Both the position numbers and the translations under genes were made by a program. A stretch of 56,094 nt of DNA, the filler included, from Callorhinchus milii (Eukaryota), in assembly GCF_018977255.1 (NCBI RefSeq). It is 2 parts of 2 records of this genome, joined end to end, with 100 filler letters (N's around TTAATTAATTAA, not from the genome) between each part and the next. Parts side by side here need not be neighbours in the genome. Positions count along the whole stretch, not along the records: positions 28,104 to 56,094 come from NW_024705680.1; 1 more part is not named here. One strand, 5' to 3'. The notes below the pieces were generated by a model. It did not search any database. It saw only the letters and a list, made by a program, of their open reading frames with translations, and had not been told where the DNA came from. Shown here one piece after another: positions 36,831-49,591 of the stretch. How positions within the stretch are numbered: the first letter of the stretch is position 1; the number at the start of each line of letters is the position of its first letter.

Positions 36831-37944
36831 GTAGGTAAAGCGATCAATCGTATCTTTTATTTGCTTTAATCGTTGCAGGTCGGAATTAGACCATTTCCTC
36901 GCTCCGCACTGTTTACCCAGCAGTAAGTCGGAACCCGGTTGTTAGTCGATTGGCGGATTAATTTCTGGGGGTAATAATCCCTTTGGAAAAAAAAAGTGTG
37001 GTCACTCGATCCACGACCCTTTGCGGAGACGCTGCTGAATCCTACAGTCGCTCCGCTGGACAGACTATTCTGTGAACCGCTTTGAGGCGTCTCGAAGACC
37101 TGCTCAGGCGCTGGGTCAAACGCAAAAGCTATTGTGATCCGTGCCTCCTCTGCAGCGTACAATAAAAAGCGTACGTTCGTTTCAGTGCCTTTCACCCACC
37201 CGCGACACGCAAATTGAATGAGTGTAACCTTGCACGTGAATGAATGCACCGTGAGGTTTAGAGACCTCATCTGTGACAGAGAAACTGTCAAGCGTTGCTT
37301 CTGCAGCCCACAGATATTTCTCAAATAGGGCATCCATGTATAATTCTCCTCTTCCCCCCCCCCACCCCCACTTTGAGTACCAACTGCCCCAGCAGTGATT
37401 GAGATGAGAGCTGACACCTCATCAAACATTTAAGTGCTGTTTGTTTTCCCCCAGGCTCTTTCCCTACGACGTAAGTGGGAACCTGCAGTATCACAGTCCT
37501 TCCGGCCCGGTGTGCTCTTTGCATATTCCAGGGTGATCCCAACAAGCCGGCCCGAGGGCCGCATGCGGCCCCCACCCCCCTCCATCTCACCTGGCCCCGC
37601 CCGCTCCCTCCGTTCCCCGATAACCACGTCTTCGGGACGTCTCAAAGCGCTTCACGGGATATAACGTTGAGTGCAGTGACTGTATATTCTGTGGGTGAAA
37701 CGCGGCAGACAATTGCCCACAGCAGTGTCCCCACAAACACACACAGACAGTTGTGCAGTGAGCGACCATCTGGATGGGAAAACGCCAAAATATTGCTTAT
37801 GCTCATGCACGGATGTTTCTCAAATAGAACGACTGGTTAGACCGCTGTATAAATGCAAGTTGTTGTTGCTGGGGGTCTGGCGCTTGGTTGGGCGGTGCTA
37901 ATGCAAAGTGATAAGCAGATTTGTGGAGTGGGGCAAGTGGAATC

Positions 37945-38330
37945 TCCCTGTAGCTCAGGGGTTAGAGCCCTCGCCTTGCAAGCGAGAGAGAGGACCCGGG
38001 TTCGATTCCCCGGCGAGTCAGGTCAGGGAGAAACCTTAGGCAATTTTTCTTATTCCACGCGCGCACACACACACGCGCGCGCGCCTCTGTTTACCGAGTA
38101 GTCGGTAGGAACCCGCTTGTTAGTCGATTGACGGACGGCTTTTCCGGAGGTAAATAATCCCTTCGGTCACCCAGTCCACCACTTGTTTGCGCGGGCGCTG
38201 CTGTGCGCAATTGGCTGCCGCGTTTCGCCCACAAGACCGTACGGTCACTCCACTTCACAGTACAATCAGTGAAGCGCTTTGAGACGTCTCGAAGACGCGA
38301 CGAGGCGCTGCAATCGAATGCAAAGATTAT
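37945..38330 (+). mobile_element. tRNA-derived SINE copy
   Basis: CCCTGTAGCTCAGGGGTTAGAGCCCTCGCC..GGTTCGATTCCC..tail. Confidence 0.88.
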
Positions 38331-41044
38331 CCTTACAACTGGATCAATTGAGTGAACTGAGCCGGGTGCCTTGATCTCTTTAAGTTAGTATAATTTATCT
38401 TCCGCTTACTTCCTTTCTCCCGACCCTAACTGTTGTGATTTCACACCCGGCCCCATCTGTTCTCACTAGATCTTCCTCCTCCATTCCTTTCCTTTGTGAA
38501 AACTGCGGCAAAGCCGTTTGCTTTATTATCTCCTGTGAGCTTCCCCCCCCCCCCCCACCCCCACCCCACCCCTACTTGCCATCCCTACTTCAGAGCTTCT
38601 TTTGCAGTGATATCAATGGCAAGCTATATCACGCGATATACGTCCCCCTCCCTCGCCTCCTCTTCGACCGTGCGTTCGGTCACCTGTCCCCCCCCCCCCC
38701 CCACTCCTCCCCGATCCCAGCTCGGTTCCGAAACACTGCCATTTTGTGCCATTTTGTTTTTGTTGTTGTCGGGCAGAGCCCTCGCCTCGCAAGCGAGAGG
38801 ACCCGCGCGCACACACACGCACACGCACACACACACACACGCAGTCACACACAACGCAGACACACGCACCTCTATTTACCAGCAGTCAGCAGGAACCCGG
38901 CTGACCGCTCTCTGCAGGGTAATTAACAATCCTTTTTTTTAAAAAGAAATAAAAATGAATAATAATTCGGTCACTCAATCCACGGCTGTTTGCGGGGGGG
39001 ACCCCACTGGGCTCAATCGGCTGCCGCGTTTCGCCCACAAAAATCCTGCAGTCACTACACTTGACAGTGGGGTCCTGCGGAGCGCTTCGGAAGACGTGAC
39101 AAGGCGCAGTATCAAATGCGAGGATTATAAGGATAGGCCGCAGAGCTTTTGCTGACCGTATTCCCAGCAAAGCTGCTGCCGCAGCGAAAAAGAAAAATGC
39201 TGGCAGTGTTTTTTTTTTTTATCCGCTTTCTGCTTCCGTGCCTTTTCTTTTCTTCATCTTTCGCTTTTAAACACATCAAAGGACAGACAGACAGACAGAC
39301 AGGTCAGGGCTGAGCCAGAAGCTGGTACCAACGTTTATCCTTGTGCTGGGATTTCAGGCGCTCTCTCTCTCTCTCTCTCGCTCTCTCTCTCTATCTCTAT
39401 CTGCAATAGTGACCCAGATTTCAGCGAGCACCAGCGCGGACACCAATCCAGGCGTCATATCCGAAGAGATTTCTCTCCTCTTCTCGGAAGTTTTTAACCA
39501 GGCCTACACTTTACAGAGATACCCATCTCACCACCGGGCACACCTCTCGCACTCACACACCACGCTCTCGCACGCTCACACACACACACACACTCGCAAG
39601 CGCACGCACTCTCGCTCACGCACTCTCGCTCACACACACACACACACACACTCACTCGCACACGATCTTGTGCGCACACGCTCGCACACGCGCGCACTCA
39701 CACGTGCCTGCTCTCTCACGCAAAAGCAAGCGTTTGCAGACACTTGCACACGCTAACCGTTACGCAACAAGACTTCCCAGGAAGGAGTATTTATTTGAGG
39801 TCACAGCTGCTGAGACGAGACCGGACCTGTTTGCTCAATGACAGCGTAAAATAATCCTTGCGCTTGACACAGCGCCTTGCCACGTCCTCGAGACGTCTCA
39901 AAGCGCTTTGCGGCAGTGAAGCGACTGCGCGTTCTGTGGCGTCCCACAGTTCTGCTGCAGTGAGTGGGTGAATGAATGGGAGAGTGGGGAGTGAGTGGGT
40001 GGGTGGGCGGGCGGGCGAGCGAGCGACTGGGCAAGTGAGTGGGAGAGCGGGCGGTTGGGAGAGCGAGGGGGTGGGAGAGCGAGCGAGCGAGGGGGTGAGT
40101 GTGGGAGCGAGCGAGTGAGCGTGCGAGCATCTTAACGACGTGTGAAAGTCTAGCAGTCACACGTTGGCCCCTTTCACACCTGCTTCTCGACAGCTTTCTC
40201 TCTCCCCCCCCCACCCCACCCCACCCCCCCACCCCGGCTCTCTCCTCAAATTAGAGGGGAAGTCATGTCTGCTAGACTCCTCGCTGGGAATTGCAGTCAG
40301 GAACTGCCTTCCTTCAGAGCTTAAATCCCCCCCTCCGCCCCCCCCCACCCCACCAACAGTAAACACAGCAAATCTCTTCCCCGCTCACGCACACAGGCAG
40401 CTGATCGAAGGAAGGAGCCGTAGAGAGGGAGGGAGGGGGAGAGAGAGAGAGAGAGAGAGTGGAAAATAATTCGACAGCTGAAGTCGACCGAACGTGTCTT
40501 GTTTATCGCCGGATTTCTTCCCGGCCCACTTAACCGCGGGGAAAACCTCAACGACAGCAACGGCGCGGCGACACGTGTAAAAGCGCCTTTCGTGTCGGGA
40601 GGACGTCCCAAGGCTCTGGGCAGTCGAGAGTCTCGGCCCCGAGCTGGGGGTCGGGGAGCGTGGCGGGGTGGGGGGGAGGAGGGGGTGAGGGCAGGGCTGG
40701 GGGGCGGAAGCAGGGAGATCGAAAACACGGTCGAAGAGGAGGCGAGGGGCGGGGGGCGAGGCGGAAGGGACTGCTGGGTGGCGTTCCGGAGGGTGGGGGT
40801 GGCGCAGAGTGGCGGAAATCCCGACCGCCAACAGTGGGATGAGCGAGGCGGGGGGCGAACGTGGAGCCTATTGATGACCTAGAACAGGGTGGTCTCCAAC
40901 CCCCCCCTCTGTCGCCACTGCAGGACTCGTGTTGGTGTTTTGCCCCCCCCCCCCCCCCCCCCCCCCCCCTCCCCAACTTCAATCACAGGCCATGTCCTCG
41001 CGTTCTGCTGGTTCAGTACAAGAGGAGAGACAGGTTATTATGTT

Positions 41045-41383
41045 AAGTGACTGGCTGGCTGGCTGGCTGGCTGAGTGACTGTGTGTGTGAGTGAGTGACT
41101 GTGTGACTGACTGTATGTGGCTGAGTGACTGTGTGTGTGAGAGAGACTGACTGAGCGAGTGAGTGACTGTGTGACCGACTGTGCATGAGACTGAGTGACT
41201 GTGTGAGTGAGTGACTGTGAGTGAGTGAGTGACTATGACCGACTGTGCGTGAGACTGTGTGAGTGAGTGACTGTGTGAGTGACTGTGAGTGAGTGAGTGA
41301 GTGAGTGACCGACCGACCGACCGCGTGTGTGACTGACTGAGTGTGAGACTAAGTGACTGTGTGAGTGAGTGACTGTGTGACCG

Positions 41384-41422
<39 letters not shown>

Positions 41423-41432
41423 CTGACTGAGT
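41045..41432. repeat. GTGA/GACT compound microsatellite
   Basis: Direct reading. Confidence 0.9.
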
Positions 41433-42457
41433 ACGGGGAGCTGATGTCATTCTCTCGGAGGGGCAGCAGGTGCTGGATACCAGCCGGGGGGAATCGAATA
41501 TCGCTTCATTTTCCGACCCAAATTGCCGGCTGTGTGTTTGGGAGCTGTTCTGGCTCTGACGCCCCGGCCGGCCTCCTGCGATCACGAAGCTATATACACT
41601 TGAGACCCATTTACGAGAGAGAGAGAGAGAGAGCGAGAGAGCCTTCTAAACCACTCGGAACAATGAATTTTCCTTTCAGAACGCTGGCGCTGCCTGGTGG
41701 CTCCCAATTCCCCTCATTATCTTTAGCCTCCTTTCAGGCACTTAATTGCTCCCTCCCCTCATTATCGCCTTCCCCTACAAAGACCTCTTGACTGCCATCC
41801 CAATTTTGGCGGCTATCCGTGGCGCCGTTTTGACTGTGCGACGCGATGTACTGTAACATAATACACCGGTAATTAATTCTCTCAAAGACCTTGTTTTGTG
41901 TCCCTCACCGGCCCAATCTCTTCCCCCCCCCCCCCCCCCCACACACGTATACACACGCGCGCTTCCTTTCTCCGCCGCCAGTCGTAATCGGCCGTTTGAA
42001 AACATTCTTAGCGTAAAAGCAACCGAGGGGGAATCGTGTTTGATTCCAGGGCAGGGTCAGGGCGAAACGTTGGACGTGTTTCCTTACTCGGCACGCTCAC
42101 AAGCACGTACACGTGCACACACGCATACGTGGGCGCGTACACACTCGCGCGCGCGCCAGCGGTAAGTAGGGACCCGCTTGCCAGTCGATTGGCGGATCGC
42201 TTTGATGGGGTGGGCGGTGGGAGGGGAGGTAATAATCCCTTCCAAAATAAAATTTAATCATAATTTGGCCGCTCGATCCACGACTGTTCGCGGGGACGCT
42301 GCTGCCTGAGGTATCGCCCTGACCCACCCGGGAATCGAACCCGGGTCCTCTCGCTTGCGAAGGCGAGCGGTCTTAAGCCACCGAGCTGCCGGACTCGGTC
42401 GTACATATGCCAGTCGGGCTCCCGCCATATTTACCGCCTGGCGTTTTGCTTCCGCAG

Positions 42458-42527
42458 CCGCCGATCGAACTCGAAGTGCTTTCTCGGAAGCGGAGAAATC
42501 GTTGAAAGACCTCGAGGATTCGATCAG
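42458..42527 (+). CDS. PRKCSH: PRKCSH coding exon (70 nt)
   Basis: cgcag|CC..AG|gtaac; AADRTRSAFSEAEKSLKDLEDSIR. Confidence 0.94.
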
Positions 42528-43428
42528 GTAACAAATTAACCGTCGCGTCTGTCCGTCGCCCATCGAGCCAGCGTTTCGCAGGATTTAATAATAACGACAA
42601 CCCTCACACCTCCGACGCGGCGCCTTGTCACGTCTTCGAGACGTCTCAAAGCGCTCCGCAGGTCGCGCTGTAAAAGTTTCGTGGGCGAAACGCGGCAGCC
42701 GATTAATTAATCGCAGTGTCCCCACAGACCGTCGTGGATTGAGTGACCTTTTTGCTAATTAACCATTTGCGGTTCGGCGAACGCCTCAAACTACACACAC
42801 GCCCCTCTTTATTTTTGCCGGAAGTCCTGTAACTCGGTGGTTAGAGCACTCTCCCCGTAATGGAGAGGACCCGGGTTCGATTCCCGGGTGGGTCGGGGCG
42901 AAACGTTTCCTTACTGCTCGTGCACGCACGCACGCACGCACGACCCTGTTTACCCAGGAACCCGGTTGTTAGTCGATCGGCGGATCACTTTCCGGGGGCG
43001 TAATAATCCCTTTTTTTTAAAAAAATAATAATAATAATAATTTGGTCACTCAATCCAAGTGCGGGTTGGGATTACATCTTGCAATATATTCAGTGAAGCG
43101 CTTTGCGACGCTGAATTAAATGCGAGAATCATTATATCTATATGTACTACACGGCACCACCGAATCACCCCGACAATAATAGACTGTCGAAGGGTTTGCC
43201 GTGTTAAAAGTCTTCTCGTTACTAACGGGCACGACAGCCAGAGGTGAGACCGGACAAGGAGAGGTTTATTCACCCGGAGAGCTTTGAGGGTCTGGGATGC
43301 CCGGCTTGAAAGAGGCGTCCCGGGCAGGGTGGGCCGAACGGCCTCCTTGAACGCCCGTGAGAATGCGCTGCGGTCAGCAAGCCACCGCGCTCGCCTTAAC
43401 TGTTCCCGTGGCCCGCTCTGTCTTACAG

Positions 43429-43518
43429 GAGCATCGAGAAGGAGCTCACCATCGACTTTGGGCCCTACGGAGAGTTTGCCTACTTGTTCAGCCAGTGCTA
43501 CGAGATGAATACGAACGA
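43429..43518 (+). CDS. PRKCSH: PRKCSH coding exon (90 nt, start of MRH domain)
   Basis: tacag|G..GA|gtgagt; SIEKELTIDFGPYGEFAYLFSQCYEMNTNE. Confidence 0.96.
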
Positions 43519-44739
43519 GTGAGTTTAAAAACGCCGTCGCTTCCTCTGTCCGGGGTCCGCTCCCCCCCGCAGCAACAACACAGCGATGGTCAGCGTCGAG
43601 CCGGTGGGGTGGGTGGGGGGGCGGGGTGCGGTAGGTGAGGGTGACTGTAGGCGTAGGTCGAAGAGGTTAGAGAAAGGGGGAGGAAGGTTGGGGCCGAGGG
43701 GGAGAGAGGGAGAGCGTTCTCGGGAGTTTCCGGGGCGTAGCGTGAGAGTGCGACCCTCGGGGCGGAGGGAGCGAGGGACGGGCGGGAGGCCGGAGGAAGC
43801 GGGTTGGGGGGGAGTTAACGGGCGGGAGAGGTCGGGGGGGGGTGGGTGTGTAGTTGTGTGTGTTGTGGGTGCGGGTGCGCGTGTGTTGGTGGGTGCGTAT
43901 GTGCGCGTGTGAGTGAGTGCGTGAGGTGAGTGTGTGTGCGTGGGGTGTGTGAGGTGTAGCTGTTGCGTGTGGGTGAGAGGTACTATCAGGAACTGAGCAA
44001 ATTCTTCTCTGATCACGGTAAATTCACAAGAAATGGAGTGGGGGGTGTGGGAGTGGGGGTTGAGAGTGGGGGGGGGTGAAGAGTGGGGTCTGTGTGGGTG
44101 GGGGGGACGGACGTGTGTCTAGAGGATGGAGCGGCGGGGGGGGGCGTGTGGTGGTGGGTGAGTGTGCGGGGTGTTAGCGTGCATGTGTGCGGGTGTGTGG
44201 GGAGAGAGTGGGGGGTGCGGGAGGGAGAGCAGGTGCGTGTGTGTGTGTGGTGGAGGGAGCGTGTGTGTGTGTGCGCGCGGGGGGTGTGTGTGTGTGCGCG
44301 CGTGTGTGTGTGGTGAGAGAGCGCGACGTGCGCTGAATACCTACCGTGGCGTTGTGTGCCCACTTTACCAGCGGTTCGTAAATTACTCCTTTCAACTCAC
44401 CCGGTGGAATACCTTTCCCCTTCAGTGGGTGGGGGGGGGGGGTGTGTGGGGGGTGGGGGGGGGAAGGTGGGAGAGAGAGAGAGAGTCAGAGAGTTAGGGG
44501 CTGGAGGTCGCTATTCACATGTAAATGCATGTGTTCCTCATTGTCCACGGCCTATTCATCGTTCCCTTTGGCGTTTATGGCTGAGGAAGAGCTATTTGTG
44601 TATATGTGTGTGTGTGTGTGTCTGTGTATCTGTGTGTGTGTGTGTGTATGGGTCTGAAATGCTGTACGCTGTCCAGCGCCTTGGGACGTCCCCCCGACGT
44701 GAAAGGCGCTATACAAGTGTAATCTTGTTGTTGGTGTTG

Positions 44740-45155
44740 TCTGTGCGTGCGTGTGTGTCTGTCTGTGTGTGTCTGCGCTTGTGTCTGTCTGTGTGTGTGT
44801 GTGTGCATGTGTCTGTCTGTGCGCGTCTATGTGTGTGTCCGTATGTGTCTGTCTGTGTGCATGTGTGTCTGTGTGTGTGTGTGTGTGTCTGCGTGTTTCT
44901 GTCTGTGTGTGTCTGTCTGTGTGCGTGTGTCTGTATGTGTGTGTCTGTCTTGCGTCTGTCTGTGCGTCTGCGCGTGTGTCTGTCTGTGTGTGTGTGTATG
45001 TGCATGTGTCTGTATGTGTCTGTCTGTGTGTGTGTCTGTGTGTGTCTGTCTGTGTGTGTGTGTCTGTGTGTGTGTGTATGTGCATGTGTCTGTCTGTGTG
45101 CGTGTGTGTGTCTGTGCGTGTGTGTGTCTGTGTGCGTGTGTGTGTCTGTGTGTGC
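44740..45155. repeat. GT/GTCT compound microsatellite (similar tracts at 47220-47730 and CT-rich at 49050-49385)
   Basis: Direct reading. Confidence 0.92.
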
Positions 45156-46118
45156 AGTGCCGATTGACTTTGGTCAGGACTGGGTGTGGCTCGAGAGTGG
45201 GCAAGTGATAGATTAAACGCGGCTCGATTTATACCCGCACGGCCCCCGATTCCAAGTGATTCCGGTTCTCTCGATGCCCATCGATAGGAAAACGAGGAAA
45301 GTGCGTCATTGACTGCTTTCTGTTTTTAACGCCCACCCCCACCCCCCACCCCCCCCACCCCCCACTCTTCCTCTCGTGTTTATCTTCTGCGACTGCTGAA
45401 GAAAACTGCTTCTTTTTTCCTCTGTGCTGCCTTCAAGCTTTGCGAGGTCAGATCCCTGTGGAAATCTCCCCCTCCTCTTTCCTCCCACCCCCCACCCCCC
45501 ACCTCCCAGGCCTTCCCCCCCCCCCCCCCCCACCACCACCTCGCAGTTTGCTGCTAGGATGCGAAACATGCATAAAATATGGCCACACTGTGGTGGATGA
45601 ACAGCAGGGGAGGCTTTTTAAACCCAAGGCATCCCTCTGTGTGAAAATGAGCGGTTGGACAATGAGGCGGCAGCAGCGCACACACACAAAACACTCACAC
45701 ACGCACCCACAAACACACACGCACCACATACACACACACACACACACACCACACACACCACACACACCACACACGCGCGCAAACCCCGGCCTCAACCTCC
45801 CTCTCGTTCTCAAGATGATTGCGCTCTGCATTTGTCACCGTCCCTTCACATTTCAGGCCATCGGTACGTGTTGCAGGTGTCAGTGACACACACAACACCC
45901 CCCCCCACCACCACCAATACCCCCCCCCCCACCCCCTCCCCACCACCACCACTTAGCAAGTCAGGCAGCATCGATAGAGAGAGAGAGAGAGAGGAAGAGT
46001 CGTGGACCCGAAACGTTGACTCGCTTTCCTCATCAGGCGCCGCGCAAGGATTATTATTATTATTATTTTGTAAAATGTCTTACCGTTTTTTTTCTCCCCC
46101 CTCCACCGTTTCTTGCAG

Positions 46119-46193
46119 ATATGTTTACAGACTCTGCCCCTTCAATAAAGTAGTGCAGAGGCCGAAACACGGAGGTACCGAAACCAGCCTCGG
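46119..46193 (+). CDS. PRKCSH: PRKCSH coding exon (75 nt, MRH domain)
   Basis: tgcag|A..GG|gtaagc; YVYRLCPFNKVVQRPKHGGTETSLG. Confidence 0.96.
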
Positions 46194-46286
46194 GTAAGCT
46201 TCAGCTTCGGAGTGGCTCGGGGGGCAACCGGGGGAAGAGAACGGTTGAAAAGCGGAGCCGGTGGTTCGAGCCCTCGCCTCGCAAGC

Positions 46287-46320
<34 letters not shown>

Positions 46321-47926
46321 ACCCGGGTTCGATTCCCGGGCGGGTCGGGGCGAAACATTGGGCAAAAAAATTCCTCAATCCACAAACACACGCACACGCG
46401 CACACCACACGCGCACACGCCTCCGGTTACCCGGCAGCGAGGAGGAACCCGAGCGTTAAGTCGATTAGGGCGGATCGCTTTTTCCGGGGATGATAACCCC
46501 TTCCGAAAAAATAATTCGCTCGCTCAGTCCACGGCTGTTTGTGGGACAGACGCCCACCCCACCGGGCGCAATTGGCCGCCGCTTTTCGCCCCACAGAACG
46601 TGCGCTCGATTCGCTTGGCTCGGAAGGTTGTTTTTGCGGCCCTGACCAGCGGTCGTCGTGAAACACGGGACGTGGACCCATCTCACCGGCCCTCCGGTCA
46701 CGCGCGTTACGGGGAGACTTCTCCTGAAGGCATTCGTTCAGCCCGAACGCTGCTCGAAAGCGTGTCCCACCTGCGCCCGCGTCTGCCCTGCGCGTTACGC
46801 GACGAATACCGGTTCTCTAAGCCTAGGACTGCTTGATGGAGAGCGAGAGAGAGAGAGAGAGAGAGCGAGAGCATTTTTCTTTGACCTTGGGAAGCTTTCA
46901 TAACTTAACGTAGATTTTTTTTTGTGTGCGTTCCCCCCCCCCCCCCCCCACCCCCACCCCACGCCCACACCTCTCCCACCCTCGCTTCAGAATGCAAGCG
47001 AATCTCCCATCACTTGCTTTGCAACAGCCCCCCACCCCCCCCCCTCCCCACCGAACGCGCCCCCTCCTCCTTTGTCCTTCGTCACTCGCTGTTTCGGAAA
47101 CAACACACGGTTTGACATTAGGATGTCCAAGGTCTCTTGGAAATGCTTTGAAAAAGTGAGAAGCCTTAAATATTTAATTGTTTTTTTGTTCCTTCGCTGA
47201 ACAACCTTGACAGCTAATTTGTGCGTGTGTAGGTGTGTAGGTGTGTGTGTGTCGGTGTGCGTGCGCGCGCGCGTGCGTGTTGGTGTGTGTAGCCGAGTTA
47301 TTGCGCATGTGTGTGTGTGTTGGTGTGTGTAGCTGTGCTAGTGCGCATGTGTGTGTGGGTGTGCGTTGGTGTGTGTAGCTGAGTTAGTGCTCGCGTGTGC
47401 GCGGGTGTGTGGGTAGGTGTGTGTTGGTGTGTGTGTGTGTGTGTCGGTGTGCGTGCGCGCGCGCGTGCGTGTTGGTGTGTGTAGCCGAGTTAGTGTGCGT
47501 GTGGGTGTGTGGGTGTGTTGGTGTGTGTAGCTGTGCTAGTGCGCATGTGTGTGTGGGTGTGTTGGTGTGTAGCTGAGTTAGTGCTCGCGTGTGCGCGGGT
47601 GTGTGGGTAGGTGTGTGTTGGTGTGTGTAGCTGAGTTAGTGCGGGTGTGTGGGTAGGTGTGTGTTGGTGTGTGTAGCGTGTTAGCGCGCGCGCGTGTGGC
47701 TGTGTGTGTGTTGGTATGTGGGTGTGCGTTGGCACATGAAGGAATCTGTTCTGTCAAAAGATTCCATCCTTCGGGTGAGATGTTAAACTCTGGAACTGTA
47801 CCCCGCAATCCCTCCGCCTCGGTCTGTGTGCCCTCGAGGTTAGGAGGTTGAGGGGCTGATCTGATCGAGGTGGGGAGGGGGTGGTGGGGGGTAATAATCT
47901 GACCGGGTCTCTTTTGTCCCGTGCAG

Positions 47927-48026
47927 TCAGTGGGGGTCGTGGAGCGGGCCGGAAGGCAGCAAGTTCAGCGCCATGAGGTACGAGCACGGCACAGCCTGCT
48001 GGCAGGGCCCGAGCAGGTCCACTTTG
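47927..48026 (+). CDS. PRKCSH: PRKCSH coding exon (100 nt, MRH domain)
   Basis: tgcag|T..TTG|gtaagg; QWGSWSGPEGSKFSAMRYEHGTACWQGPSRSTL. Confidence 0.96.
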
Positions 48027-48782
48027 GTAAGGACCGTCCATCTCCAGAGACCCTCCCCATCTACCCCAACCTCCCTCCCTTTACACCCCCCCACCCCCCA
48101 ACTCAGACGCCACCATTGCCAAGCTCTCTGGGGTGGGGGAGGCTGTGTAATTGCAAGTTGTTGTTGTAAGTATAGCCTCACGACGACGATGATGATGATG
48201 TTCGGGAGGAATTGGAGGAGAGAAGGGTCGGAAGGTGCAGTCCCTGTAGCTCGGGGTGGGGGTGGGGGGTGGGACGGGGGGGGTTTGAGCTCTCGCGTCG
48301 CGAGTCGAGAGAGGGAGAGAGAGAGACCCGGGTTCGATTCCCGAGCGGGTCAGGTCAGGGGCGAAACGTTGGGCAAGTTTCCTTACTACACACACGCAGA
48401 CGCACACAGACACACACACGCAAACACAGATACACACACCCACCCACCCCCACAGACACACACACACACACACACACACAGACACACACCTCTGCTAACC
48501 CAAGCGGGAACCTGGTCGTGAATCGACGGGCTTTTGCGGGCGATAATCCCTAATAATAATAATAATATTATAATAGTCGCTGGGCGCGATTGGCTGTCGC
48601 AATTCGCCCACGAGACACGCGCAGTCACTCCACTTGACGGCAAGTCCCGTGAAGCGCTTTTGAGGCGACGAGAGCCCAAATCCCTTTGGACTGTCCAGCC
48701 CCTCGGGGGGGCGCCCCTTCTCCTCCACCGCCCCCCCCCCCCTCCCTCCCTCCCCCTGATCAACGCCGTGTCATCCCATCAG

Positions 48783-48923
48783 GTTAAGCTGACGTGCGGC
48801 AAAGACACGGCGGTGCTGTCCACCTCCGAGCCCAGCCGCTGCGAGTACCTGATGGAGTTCACCACCCCGGCCTTCTGCCAGGAGCCGAGCGAAGAGGACC
48901 ACACGGACCACGACGAGCTTTGA
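48783..48923 (+). CDS. PRKCSH: PRKCSH last coding exon, ending in HDEL ER-retention signal and TGA
   Basis: atcag|GTT..; VKLTCGKDTAVLSTSEPSRCEYLMEFTTPAFCQEPSEEDHTDHDEL*; the 14 exons sum to 1466 nt and splice in one frame. Confidence 0.97.
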   Translation, partial: VKLTCGKDTAVLSTSEPSRCEYLMEFTTPAFCQEPSEEDHTDHDEL

Positions 48924-49347
48924 GGCTCAGGCGAGTGGAGTCGCGTCGCGTCGCGAGCCGCCGTCTCCTCTCCTCTCCTCTTCCTCTCCGGCCGGGGAAA
49001 GCCCTCGCAGTGAAGCCTGACCTTTGCTGGGTCTGTCTCTGTCCCCCCCATCTCTCTCTCTCTCTCTTTGCTCCTATCTCTGTCTATGTCTCTCTCTCTC
49101 TCTGTCTCTCTCTACTTGTGTCTCTCTCTCTGTCTACTTGTGTCTCTCTGTCTCTCTACCTGTGTCTCTCTCTGTCTATTTGTGTGTCTCTCTCTCTCTG
49201 TCTCTCTCTCTGTGTCTCTCTCTCTGTCTACTTGTATCTGTGTCTCTCTCTCTGTCTACTTGTATCTGTGTCTCTCATTCTCTGTCTCTCTCTGCGTCTC
49301 TCTGTGTGTCCCTTCTCCAACTCTCTACTCCTCTCCCCCCCCCCCCC

Positions 49348-49390
<43 letters not shown>

Positions 49391-49591
49391 ACTTCAATCC
49401 ACGACTTGTTTGTGGGGACCTCGCTGGGGCGCAATTGGCTGCCGCCTTTCGCCCACAGAAAATGCAGTCGATCCACGTTACAGCGTGTCCTGCGAAAGCG
49501 CTTTCGAGACGTCTCGAAGACGAGATGAGGCGCCGGGTCAAAAATGCCAGGATTATTATTATTATTACTAACCTCTCCTTTCTCTGTGCAG

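Noticed and set aside
18947..48923. Head-to-head arrangement of the CEACAM-like gene and PRKCSH
   Set aside because: It spans the artificial linker, so adjacency is unsupported.
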